This document shows, piece after piece, positions 39,465 to 48,900 of a DNA stretch of 50,182 nt. The position numbers were made by a program, and so were the translations under genes. This DNA comes from a virus (lineage: Duplodnaviria > Caudoviricetes), in IMG/VR virus record IMGVR_UViG_3300028908_000002, positions 1 through 50,182 of that record; one strand, given 5' to 3'. The stretch's first letter is position 1. The number at the start of each line of letters is the position of its first letter. Under the pieces are notes generated by a model, which made no database searches, had not been told where the DNA came from, and saw only the letters and a program-made list of their open reading frames with translations.

Positions 39465-40094
39465 ATGAAGAGAGTGTTTCTAATCGTAGCCCTATGGGCT
39501 TTAGTTGCTACCGCAGGTAGCTGTATTCCGAGTTGTGAGTCGTTGAGCATGAAGTACAATGTTACAGTGGAGCAGTGTAACAGTGTCAAGACGATGTATA
39601 ATAGCCTACTCAATAGACCGGCGTATCAAGGTGGGGATACTGGATTGGAGTTTTGGTTGGATCAGTTGGGTAGTGGTGAGTTGACCATGCCACAAATAGT
39701 GGGTAACTTTGTATCAAGTCGTGAGTTCGTGGCAAAACTGAAAGAGGCACAAATTGACACACCGGCGTTCCCGATCAAAACATTGGAGAACAGTATATTC
39801 GCACTGTTCAACATATATGATGGTGCGACACTGGCTACTTGGGGTAACAACTTAGGAGATAACAGAGAGACCTATGTTACCTATCACAGGGCATGGGTCG
39901 ATGACTCTATCTATTTCAGTTCAAGACCCTCTATTCCTTACCTTGCAGGTGCGGAAGCACAGGAAGATATGAAGGCTATCTATGAGCATTTATATCACTA
40001 TGGGTACGAGGTAGCACTCATGAAGGACATAGTTGCAGGATACTATGTTCAAGAGGGCGATGACCCTATTAGGACACACACGGGAGACAGATAA
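39465..40094 (+). CDS. Exported protein with DUF4214-like (S-layer anchor-like) domain
   Basis: Signal peptide; MYNSLLNRP...D.GLEFWLDQL.SG.LT..QIV.NFVSSREF. Confidence 0.7.
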   Translation: MKRVFLIVALWALVATAGSCIPSCESLSMKYNVTVEQCNSVKTMYNSLLNRPAYQGGDTGLEFWLDQLGSGELTMPQIVGNFVSSREFVAKLKEAQIDTPAFPIKTLENSIFALFNIYDGATLATWGNNLGDNRETYVTYHRAWVDDSIYFSSRPSIPYLAGAEAQEDMKAIYEHLYHYGYEVALMKDIVAGYYVQEGDDPIRTHTGDR

Positions 40095-40288
40095 TGCCTT
40101 CCGGAATGCTTGAGGATTTCTCGGACGCAGTACAGGCGATAAAGCCTTACTGTTCTGATGAAGCACAGGCGAGGGCAGAGTTGCAGAAGCTATTGAGCGA
40201 CAGTGGTTTTGACCGCTTGTTGTTCAATGCCGCTGTTGAAGAGTATGTAGAAGAATTGGAAGAGAAGGAGCGACATGGTTTACTGTGA
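40094..40288 (+). CDS. Hypothetical protein
   Basis: TAATG coupling to the upstream gene. Confidence 0.6.
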   Translation: MPSGMLEDFSDAVQAIKPYCSDEAQARAELQKLLSDSGFDRLLFNAAVEEYVEELEEKERHGLL

Positions 40289-40490
40289 GAGTTGTGAGGA
40301 TTTACTCGACGCAATAGATGAGCATTATCCGATATACGGTGAAGAGGTTGGTAGATGGTGTGATACAACACCTTATTACCCTGAAGATGAGGATATAAAC
40401 CCTCCTGAATGGATTGAGCCTGTCATGTGTTGTGATGATGAGCCACTTGATCCAATGGAGGATTTGATAGAGTACTTAGAGGACAAGTGA
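40275..40490 (+). CDS. Small acidic Cys-containing protein
   Basis: AAGGAG RBS; CESC motif. Confidence 0.6.
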   Translation: MVYCESCEDLLDAIDEHYPIYGEEVGRWCDTTPYYPEDEDINPPEWIEPVMCCDDEPLDPMEDLIEYLEDK

Positions 40491-40609
40491 TGAGCAGTAG
40501 AAGTAAGATAGACACTTTGCAGGAGAATACAGGAACATACACTGGTGCGGACGCAAAGGCTATCAAAGAGTATAACAGAAAGAAGTGGGAAGAGAGGAAG
40601 AAGAAATGA
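40490..40609 (+). CDS. 39-aa basic protein
   Basis: Read by hand: MSSRSKIDTLQENTG...KKWEERKKK; translationally coupled at both ends. Confidence 0.55.
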   Translation: MSSRSKIDTLQENTGTYTGADAKAIKEYNRKKWEERKKK

Positions 40610-40794
40610 CATGGAGTGCATTAAAAAGACTGACTGATTTGGCTGTATCGGAATACACAAATGACGATGAAGAGGTGGAAGTGTATGTAATACACAAGGG
40701 TAGCAGTACCAAAGTGCGTGTTACAGATATAGTCATGAGCCATGAGGGCGGAAAGCCTGTTGTGTTAATTGAAGTAAGTGAGGAGAAGAAATGA
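40606..40794 (+). CDS. Hypothetical protein
   Basis: ATGA-coupled start at MTWSALK. Confidence 0.6.
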   Translation: MTWSALKRLTDLAVSEYTNDDEEVEVYVIHKGSSTKVRVTDIVMSHEGGKPVVLIEVSEEKK

Positions 40795-40976
40795 CAATAC
40801 CGTACGAAGACATGATTGAAGAACTGGAGCATGAAGCTGTATCCAACAGTGTTCATGTTAACACCGTTAAGGTGTACGCTGAGGATGAGGATGGTGAGTT
40901 GTATCGCATAGACAATATACGATACGATGACGAATTGGACGCAATAGTGTTAGACATAGCTGAAATAACACAGTAG
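40791..40976 (+). CDS. Hypothetical acidic protein
   Basis: ATGA coupling; GAGGAG RBS. Confidence 0.6.
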   Translation: MTIPYEDMIEELEHEAVSNSVHVNTVKVYAEDEDGELYRIDNIRYDDELDAIVLDIAEITQ

Positions 40977-41042
40977 CGTTTAACAGGGGGCTTTTAAAGC
41001 CTCCGATTAAGCGTTAAGCTAAATACAACACAAGGAGCTGAC

Positions 41043-41762
41043 ATGACAGTAGAGGATAAGAAGTTGATATTGAAATATTCAAATAGAGCCTTTAGGTGGT
41101 ACGCAAAAGAGGGAGCTAAGAAACTCTTGTGTGCCACATTGGGCTTGGTTGCTGTACCTATTGGTTTACTGTTCAAGCGCACATACAGCCATAGGCGGTA
41201 TGTTGGCGACAACAAAGAGTACTTGGAATGGCTGAGAGCGCAGTATGGTTACAGCAATGTAACATTAAACCCTAAGTCAGAAGTAGCATCGTACAATACA
41301 AAAGACATACCGTTCAAGTGGTATAGGAACTCTAAGGACGCATTAGGGGATTTGTACTGGGTCAGAGATCACCGTAAAAGCCTTAATTCGTATGTACATA
41401 ACCTACAATGGGCTATGCTACGAAACCCGTGCGGCGGATTAGTCCTTGCTAATGCGGGAGATTATGTCGTTATAGACTTGATGATAGGTAATAGGATAAA
41501 AGCCTTTAAAAACGATCCTAAGAACTCTATTGACGGGTGGAGTTATATTGAAGCTCGTATCAATGGAAAGAAAAAAGTAAAGGGATTTTATTACCGTGAT
41601 ACTAGAGGCTTAGGGAGAGGCAATAAGGGGCTTGAAATCAAGATCGGTGCTAAACTTGAAAATGTCCTTTGGCAGAATAATATCCTTTATAGTCGTAAGG
41701 GTTATTTGCAGGAAGATATAAAAGGCACTCTCCAAATAGGAAAGAAGTTCATTTACAATTAG
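41043..41762 (+). CDS. Basic, aromatic-rich protein with one hydrophobic segment
   Basis: AAGGAG RBS; contains a W..LRNP motif seen in uncharacterised phage proteins. Confidence 0.7.
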   Translation: MTVEDKKLILKYSNRAFRWYAKEGAKKLLCATLGLVAVPIGLLFKRTYSHRRYVGDNKEYLEWLRAQYGYSNVTLNPKSEVASYNTKDIPFKWYRNSKDALGDLYWVRDHRKSLNSYVHNLQWAMLRNPCGGLVLANAGDYVVIDLMIGNRIKAFKNDPKNSIDGWSYIEARINGKKKVKGFYYRDTRGLGRGNKGLEIKIGAKLENVLWQNNILYSRKGYLQEDIKGTLQIGKKFIYN

Positions 41763-41770
41763 GGGATCAG

Positions 41771-41905
41771 ATGAAGGCAGAAGAAATATTTGTGTGTGCC
41801 GTATGTGGCACAGAAATAAAAACGCGGTGTGGCATGAGAGGCTATTGCTCGAAGTGTCAGCAGGAAAGACCGATAGAAAGGAGTATGACATGGCGGATAG
41901 ATTGA
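41771..41905 (+). CDS. 44-aa zinc-ribbon protein
   Basis: Read by hand: FVCAVCG...YCSKC; AGGGG RBS. Confidence 0.6.
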   Translation: MKAEEIFVCAVCGTEIKTRCGMRGYCSKCQQERPIERSMTWRID

Positions 41906-41953
41906 CACCACCGGAGATTGAGGAAGAAAACCCGATCTTAGAGAATACCACAG

Positions 41954-42328
41954 ATGGCTAAAGCACACAAGGATTTACAAAACCACATCATCACACTGAT
42001 AAATGACAGTGGTGGCACAGCGATCAATGTGGAAGGTATTAAGGGTGTGTCGGATATTGTAGCCTGTTACAAGGGCATATTCTTAGCCGTAGAGGTTAAG
42101 ATACCACCTGATAGGTTAAAGCCTAAACAGGCGCAATATCTACATGACATTAACAAAGCGGGTGGCATAGGTGTAGTAGTCAAGCCTAAAACATTGGTGC
42201 GGTTCTCTAATATGCTGATGACACTATCAGCTGAACATATAGAGGCTATACGCATTATATACAAGGCTATGATACACACTGAAGCCCCGAAAGTGGAGGT
42301 ATTCAGTGCAAAAAGATTTCAACGCTAA
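41954..42328 (+). CDS. VRR-NUC nuclease / Holliday junction resolvase
   Basis: GVSDIVAC.KG.FLAVEVK...LKPKQ...I.KAGG. Confidence 0.9.
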   Translation: MAKAHKDLQNHIITLINDSGGTAINVEGIKGVSDIVACYKGIFLAVEVKIPPDRLKPKQAQYLHDINKAGGIGVVVKPKTLVRFSNMLMTLSAEHIEAIRIIYKAMIHTEAPKVEVFSAKRFQR

Positions 42329-42710
42329 AGTGGCACAGCAACTCGGACTTAGCAAGTCTGCATGGGAAGTTGTATCGAGGGCAAAGCCTTCTGTTGTACA
42401 CAGGCTTTACGACAGTAAGGGTAAGATCAAAATTGAGGCGTACAAGGATATAGCACTTGAAGACGATGTACTTCAAGAGCTGTATGACAAGTACTACAAT
42501 AAGTATAACTATTTTGCTATACCAATTAAAAGGGCGGTAGTTAACAGCGTGGCGGTACGAATGGGTGTAGATGCGGAAGATGCCGCACTTGTAACCCTGT
42601 TACGCAAACTATTGAACGCCCGAAGAAACGGCGCGGGACTGTTGTCTGACATACAGACTAGGCTAATGCGTACCTTCATTGGCGTAGTAATGTACAAGGA
42701 GACGGGTTGA
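42306..42710 (+). CDS. Hypothetical protein
   Basis: GGAGG RBS with GTG start. Confidence 0.65.
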   Translation: MQKDFNAKVAQQLGLSKSAWEVVSRAKPSVVHRLYDSKGKIKIEAYKDIALEDDVLQELYDKYYNKYNYFAIPIKRAVVNSVAVRMGVDAEDAALVTLLRKLLNARRNGAGLLSDIQTRLMRTFIGVVMYKETG

Positions 42711-43162
42711 GAGTAAGGATTAAGAACGCACAGTGGAAGCGCTGCGTAGCTAAAAAACTACATGAGCGCTTTCCACGCTTAGGCATAAATGTAAAGACAT
42801 TGGACAACTGGCAGAGCCATGAGCATCTGTCAGTGTTGAAACACTACACCTTCTCGTATAGAAAGCGGGAGTACATATCATACAGTAGGCTTTCAAGACA
42901 GATCGTAGCGGACAGAAAGCTACACGATCAATTCAAATCCTATTACGGACTGTATCGGGTTCGTGTATGGGGTAAAGCCTATGAGTATGTGTATGAACAC
43001 TGCAAATTAGGCAAACCACAGTCGCCCAGAACAATGCGGGGTATGCTGTGGAAGGTGTACGACAGAGGTTGGGTAAGGAATACAAATATAGTTGGGATTT
43101 TATCCCCTAAACTTCGTGAGCGCATGGCGCTATATGTTGAGAGAGGAGAACAACTTGAATAA
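42707..43162 (+). CDS. Hypothetical basic protein
   Basis: AAGGAG RBS; TTGA-coupled start. Confidence 0.65.
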   Translation: MRVRIKNAQWKRCVAKKLHERFPRLGINVKTLDNWQSHEHLSVLKHYTFSYRKREYISYSRLSRQIVADRKLHDQFKSYYGLYRVRVWGKAYEYVYEHCKLGKPQSPRTMRGMLWKVYDRGWVRNTNIVGILSPKLRERMALYVERGEQLE

Positions 43163-43451
43163 AGATATACATGAGACCCTTAAAGAGAGGGGCAAGACAC
43201 ACGGGGATTTTGAAGAACAGGCACACATTGCACAGATGTTAAAGGACATTATACGTCCTTACATAAGCGGATACACAGACGATAAAAAAGAGGCTTTGGA
43301 TATGACTATGCACAAGATCGCCCGTATATGTGCGGGTGATCCAAACGAAAGAGACCACTGGCACGATATAGCGGGATATTCTACGCTTGTGTGTAAAGTT
43401 ATCGACAGTGATACAATAGTGGGAGACAGTGATGACAGGAAACGGCGATGA
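43155..43451 (+). CDS. DUF6378-like helical protein
   Basis: ERG.THGDF...KEALDM..HKIARI..GDP...DHW.DIAGY; TTG start after GAGGAG. Confidence 0.75.
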   Translation: MNKDIHETLKERGKTHGDFEEQAHIAQMLKDIIRPYISGYTDDKKEALDMTMHKIARICAGDPNERDHWHDIAGYSTLVCKVIDSDTIVGDSDDRKRR

Positions 43452-43951
43452 TACCTAAAGCCTTAATCACATCGGACAAGGGTGCTACGGGAGATGAGCG
43501 GTACACACCTGCGTATGCCGTGCGCCCATTGTTACCTTACCTGCCACAAGGTTGGCGGTACTATGAGCCTACGGCTGGTAAAAGCCAGAGTATCGTGGAG
43601 GCTTTACAGTCGGTTGGGCTAAAGGTTAAGGCGGGGAATACAGACTTCCTAAGAGCGGGGTTACACCCGTCTATGTATGACTGTATTGTAACAAATCCAC
43701 CTTATAGCATAAAGGATCAGTTCATAGGACACTGTTTCAGAATAGGAAAGCCCTTCGCTTTACTGTTACCTATACCCGCATTGCAGGGTAATGTAAGGGG
43801 TGAAATGTTCAGTGCTGCGGGTGTGGATTTGAGTATCATAGTATTGAACCAGAGGGTGGCGTTTTCAGGCAGCTCCCCACACTTTGGAGTAATGTGGTTG
43901 TGCTACAAGATACCTATGCCACAACTACAATTTGTAAATATCGTTAAGTAA
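43448..43951 (+). CDS. Small DNA amino-methyltransferase (m6A/m4C)
   Basis: DERYTP, YEPTAG (motif I), DFL, IVTNPPYS and FALLLP. Confidence 0.88.
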   Translation: MIPKALITSDKGATGDERYTPAYAVRPLLPYLPQGWRYYEPTAGKSQSIVEALQSVGLKVKAGNTDFLRAGLHPSMYDCIVTNPPYSIKDQFIGHCFRIGKPFALLLPIPALQGNVRGEMFSAAGVDLSIIVLNQRVAFSGSSPHFGVMWLCYKIPMPQLQFVNIVK

Positions 43952-43960
43952 GGAATGAAG

Positions 43961-44077
43961 ATGTACAACGATGAGTACCACTGGGTAAGATGTCAGGCGT
44001 GTGGCAAATGGGTACACGCACCTAAAGTGGTGGACGATATAGTCTGCATAGAGTGTAAGAAAAGCTATGTGGATTAA
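43961..44077 (+). CDS. 38-aa zinc-ribbon protein
   Basis: Read by hand: WVRCQACG...VCIECK. Confidence 0.6.
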   Translation: MYNDEYHWVRCQACGKWVHAPKVVDDIVCIECKKSYVD

Positions 44078-44162
44078 GTGTGAGGTGTGCGGACACTCAA
44101 ACAGTGTACCGTGCTGGAGAACAGTGGCACATTGTGAACAGTGTGGCACAAGGATATTGTAG
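44067..44162 (+). CDS. 31-aa zinc-ribbon protein
   Basis: Read by hand: MWIKCEVCG...HCEQCG. Confidence 0.55.
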   Translation: MWIKCEVCGHSNSVPCWRTVAHCEQCGTRIL

Positions 44163-44171
44163 GAGTATAGT

Positions 44172-44321
44172 ATGGCGTTAGTAAGAATATTCGAAGCTAT
44201 ACTTAACGGGAGAGCCTCTGCGGCAGATAAAGAAATGGATAGGAAGGCTAAGGCGGGTGCTGAGAGGGATCAGCAAAGAATAGATGCTATGGTTAAAGAA
44301 GCAAATAGGAGAAGAAAGTGA
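44172..44321 (+). CDS. 49-aa helical protein
   Basis: AGGAG RBS; GTGA coupling to the next gene. Confidence 0.55.
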   Translation: MALVRIFEAILNGRASAADKEMDRKAKAGAERDQQRIDAMVKEANRRRK

Positions 44322-44788
44322 ATATAGAGCTTATAATCGGATTAGTATTGTTGTCAATAGTGATATTGTTGGGTGTAGCCCAAATGATGAGTGTGGGATC
44401 AAAAGGCGATCCTATGATGTCTAAGGACGAGGGTTATACTGTAGAGCTAAATGGTGCAGTGTACAACTTCAGCAAGGTATATGCGGATAGAGGGTCTTTA
44501 TACGGTGTTACACAAGACGGTACGACTATATGTGTAAACGGATGTGAAGAAGTGGTAGATGCACAAGGAAGAGTCATAACTAAAACAGAAATCCCTGTGG
44601 TGCCACATAAGAGGTACACGGCTACATCTTTACGCACAGGTAAGAGATTTGACGGTGATGTCATGATACACAAAGATGGGCTTTATTATCTCGACAATGA
44701 AGAGATAGATACAGAAGAGCCTATTTGGGATAACGCTTTAAATACATCAGTGTCAGCCGCTGACTGTATCGTGGAAGATGTCAAGTAA
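44318..44788 (+). CDS. Membrane-anchored hypothetical protein
   Basis: N-terminal TM segment followed by a beta-rich soluble part. Confidence 0.65.
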   Translation: MNIELIIGLVLLSIVILLGVAQMMSVGSKGDPMMSKDEGYTVELNGAVYNFSKVYADRGSLYGVTQDGTTICVNGCEEVVDAQGRVITKTEIPVVPHKRYTATSLRTGKRFDGDVMIHKDGLYYLDNEEIDTEEPIWDNALNTSVSAADCIVEDVK

Positions 44789-44999
44789 GAAACATCGCTC
44801 AACATGGGAGTTGTACGACATTGACCCCAAAGTGTTGAGCGATATGACTTACGAAGAGGCTTTACAGTATAAGTTGAAGTCTGGCAAGGAGCATCATTAT
44901 CAGTTAGTACATTCTAACTGCGATGATGAAAGCCTTTTGTCGGACATCAGAAAAGGTATTGAGTTAACAAGATATTTATTAAAGGAACTACAATGTTAA
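44778..44999 (+). CDS. Hypothetical protein
   Basis: Overlapping chain of ORFs on the + strand. Confidence 0.6.
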   Translation: MSSKKHRSTWELYDIDPKVLSDMTYEEALQYKLKSGKEHHYQLVHSNCDDESLLSDIRKGIELTRYLLKELQC

Positions 45000-45208
45000 G
45001 ACGATTGGGTGAAATGGCAGCGAAAAAGTTGCATAAGAGTCAAGTGTTGGAAAGGCTGTGGATATACTATGGTGTTAACAAGGACGCTATGGCGGAGCGT
45101 TACGATAAGTATTATGATGAGTGTCCGTCTCATGCACCGGAACACAAGAGGGTGTGTGCTGAAACGGGATTGGAGAAATGGGTACAGAAAGTTACAGGGG
45201 GTAATTAA
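44993..45208 (+). CDS. Hypothetical protein
   Basis: AAAGGA RBS. Confidence 0.6.
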   Translation: MLRRLGEMAAKKLHKSQVLERLWIYYGVNKDAMAERYDKYYDECPSHAPEHKRVCAETGLEKWVQKVTGGN

Positions 45209-45417
45209 TGAAAGATGTAGCATGGGCAGAGATACCAGATAAGAATTTATACGACTGTATGAAACAGCGTAATCGTGAATACAGGGAGCACTATAGCGCA
45301 TTGAGAGCAAAAGGTATCCATAGAAATCAAGCTCACAAAAGAGCGCTGAAATATGCAGGGTTAGCGGAAGAGGATTTAGATAGTAGAAGCGTATTCATAA
45401 CATCAAGGAGTAGATAA
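45208..45417 (+). CDS. Hypothetical basic protein
   Basis: TAATG coupling; last gene of the + operon. Confidence 0.6.
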   Translation: MKDVAWAEIPDKNLYDCMKQRNREYREHYSALRAKGIHRNQAHKRALKYAGLAEEDLDSRSVFITSRSR

Positions 45418-45426
45418 ACTACGAAT

Positions 45427-45598
45427 AAAATTAAACTATTTTAATTTTAGCGTCCATTTTAAAGCCTTTTAAGGGTATAAGACCCTTACTGAAAAGCTAA
45501 AGTCGCTTAAAATGGACGCTGAAAATCGATTTTAAGAGCCTTTATTATTCAACTCGATAAAAACTACATTGTTAGAATAAAGGCTCTTAAAATTGATT
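45427..45598. terminator. Three consecutive inverted repeats between convergent operons
   Basis: 9-bp arms at 45427-45448; 14-bp arms at 45449-45462/45507-45520; 14-bp arms at 45530-45543/45579-45592. Confidence 0.6.
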
Positions 45599-45622
45599 AA
45601 TGTAAAGTGTAGGCGGTAAAAC

Positions 45623-45961
45623 CTACACTATAATCTCACGGGCTTCAAAGCTCAACGCTATACTTTGCGGTACATATAAACTACCGTACTTCACTACAAA
45701 CATGAAACGATTAAAATCCTCTATTGTAGCTTTCTTTTGATAACCACCCTTAAAACCCTCGTGATAAGCCTCTCTATGGCAGTCTCGGCATAGCGTTATA
45801 AGGTTACTCTCTTCATATCTCAATAAAGGGAAGTACTTACCACTATTCAAATGATGTACTTCTAAATCCATACTATTACCACACACGGCACAGAAAGGCT
45901 CTCTCCTTATGTGAGCCTCTCTTGTTCTATGCCACTCTTTACTGTTGTGCCATGAACTCAT
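45623..45961 (-). CDS. HNH endonuclease
   Basis: CAVCG...LEVHH...NLITLCRDCH; ATGA-coupled start at MSSWHNS. Confidence 0.9.
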   Translation of the reverse strand: MSSWHNSKEWHRTREAHIRREPFCAVCGNSMDLEVHHLNSGKYFPLLRYEESNLITLCRDCHREAYHEGFKGGYQKKATIEDFNRFMFVVKYGSLYVPQSIALSFEAREIIV

Positions 45962-48900
45962 AATGTATCGCCTTGTACATTTGGGATATAATCCCATATT
46001 GTGTTAAGGTCTGGATACCCGTCTTCCTGTATAATCCTTCTCATGTCATAGGGTGTAATGGTAACTTTGCCATCGCTCTGCTTTTGCACCTGTTTAGCTA
46101 AAGAGTCAAGTATGCTAAACTCCTTCTGCCCGTGTACATAGCGCCACATGTAGTTATAGCCACTATCCGTATTGAGTACCGCACTCAAATTGTCTAACAC
46201 CTTAGATGCAGATGTAGCGGCATCAGCTTCACGCATACCGGAGTCCTTCAACAGTTTAGTCAGTATAGCGTGTTGTTCTCCCGTGTTACCCTTCACAACT
46301 GCATCAATACACGCAGGGGCTTGTTTTGATCTAAAGAACTCATGTAGCACCGCCTGTCCTGTTGAAGACACACCCGTTTCACTGTTTAATATGTGCGTGT
46401 GCCATATTGGGCTGTACGATCTAACTACTCCCTCTTCAGCGTCTATCGCATGGCGTATGCCCTCTATGATCCGCTTCTTTACCTGTGTGGTCTTAGCGGC
46501 ACCCTTTGCCGCAGCGATAGCTTCATCGTGCAAGTCTATCGTTATAATGCCGTCTTTAAAACTCGTACTACCACCGCTTGGCGTAGATGTAAACTCTACC
46601 TTCAAATCTTTGAGATTTGGATATACATCTGTTAATTCCCTATTTAAGCCTACTATATCACTAAGCGAAATAGGGGCTTTATTGACTTGTGTCTCAAGTG
46701 CCGCACCTGTCTGCTTCAATGTAAACTGCGCGTCAGGTATCACTACACGAGGCACACCACCTGCAACCATTGTACGAGTAGCGGAAGGCTTTATGTTGTA
46801 TGACAATTTAACAAACTCATTCTGCACTGGTGGTTGAGCAGAGTAGTTAATCGCCTTCTCCATCCACTCTGACAATTTACCACTAAGGTGTTGCATCGTC
46901 TTTCCGTAATTGTCAGCGTGTACAGCGAACACTGCGGGTGGTAAGTCAGCGGGATCACCGCCGTCTAACACTTTCTCAATTTGCTCACTTGTCTTAGGTG
47001 TTATAAGGGTCTCACTTAGTAGTTGTGCGTGTGTTTGCAAAGCCTTTATCTCATCGGTGAACTTTGCATAACCCTTCACCGTGCCGTAGTGTGGCATAGC
47101 TATATCACTGAATACAGACTTAACCTCTTCTGGGTGATTGGTCAAGACCTTAATAGTGTCAGACAGAGTTCTCAACTCTCTACCCCTGTGAGTGTAAGGT
47201 ACTATGTGTTTGTAGAAAGCGTTAGTTACACCTCTCCATATCTCTGTTGTAACGGCTGATGCGTCGCCCTTTAACTTAGCCTTGCCCCTATTAATCCCCG
47301 TGCCGAATAGGTCAGATAGGCTTTTCACATAGTCGCCCATTACTTTACCGACTTCAGTCTTAGGTAGCGCAGAACTGCCGTAAATCCTCTCTAACATCTC
47401 AAAATTGGGTAACAGTACACTATCAAGTCCGTCGGGTGTCATAGAGGCTTTCTGGAACATACCTCGTAGCACCGCCCTGTCAAACAGCTCCCTTGTTTGT
47501 GGCGCAAGGAGTTGGGTTATAGCGTCAGTTTGTGCATAGTCTGTTTTACTATACACCTGCGCCAATAGGTTGTATATATCCTTGTCAGACATCTTACTGT
47601 TTAAAGCCTTGACTAAATCGGCTTCAGAGGTGATAGTGTGTCTTCTGTACATATCGTTCAACTGTTTGTAGCCCACTAAGTCTTCCTCGTCTAAGAAGGC
47701 TTCCATGTACTTGTCTATTCTACTCTTAGCCTGTTTAATCACCGGACTTGTTACCTCGTCTGATAGACCGTTCAACTCTTTCCTTAGAGACATTAAGTCG
47801 CCCAACTTTAGCGTGATGACATTAGAGTCATCGGGAGACATTCTATTAAGGATTTTACTTATATTCATCAGTGTTGCACTCTCTACTGCATCCGCTTTGG
47901 ATGCCATGCCCACCGTTTTTAAGCTATCCTCTATCGCTGATCCTAAGTCGCCTAACAGTTCATCTTTACCTGTTACTAACTGTTGATCACTGTACTTGAA
48001 CTTTAAGCCCTTCTCGAACATACCCCATGTATCCCGTGCCACTTGTACCAATCCCGATGTAGGTGTCTTGTTTACCGCTTTAGGATCAGTCAAGCCCTTT
48101 AACTCTTTCATAATATAACGGGCTAAGTCGTCATGATTGAAGGCTGTCTGTAAAGCCTCTGTGTCAAGTCCGTCAGTTTTAGATAGACGGTCAAACATCT
48201 GTTGCATTAGCTTGTCCGTCATATTGTCTAACACTGACGCTGACGATAGACTGTCAAGTCTATACACTTCACCCAACATCGAACGCCCTGTTGGCGTACC
48301 GAACATTGCGGCTAACATTCTCTCCTGTGGCGTGTTGGGTGTTCTACCTGTAACTTCTTTCCACGACTTAGATAGGTTAGCCCACTCGGGAGACTTTAAC
48401 CACGCATCCGTACTCTTGTAATCCTTAAACTCAGGATTTAGTGTACGCATCATGTTGTTAAATGTGATGTTGTACTTCCTATCAGCTAAGGCTTTACCTA
48501 TCGCAGGTAGTGTGGTAGTTAAACCATAGTGCAAAAGCCTTCCTCCAATGGCTGAAATAAGTGCGTCCTCTGCCGCTGTGCCTGAACTTACATTCTCACC
48601 CTTTCGTATTACATACTCCGTAGCACCCATTTTAGCCATGAGCTTAGCTGAACCTGTTGATAGCATGGGCAGCTTACCCGCTATGTTAGTCGGCATAGCT
48701 GCCATTACTATTGCGTCGCCTAATGTCTCCCTGCTCCAGAAGCCAGATTTCTCACCTACCTTTGTACCTGTAAGGTTTTGCTGTATGATCTGCCTGTCCT
48801 TCTCAATCTGCACCCTCTCTTGATCGGATAGGAGGCTTAAGCCCACTGTGTCAAGTACATCATCAGCTATATTGACGAGTCCTATGCCCAACTTCAATAG

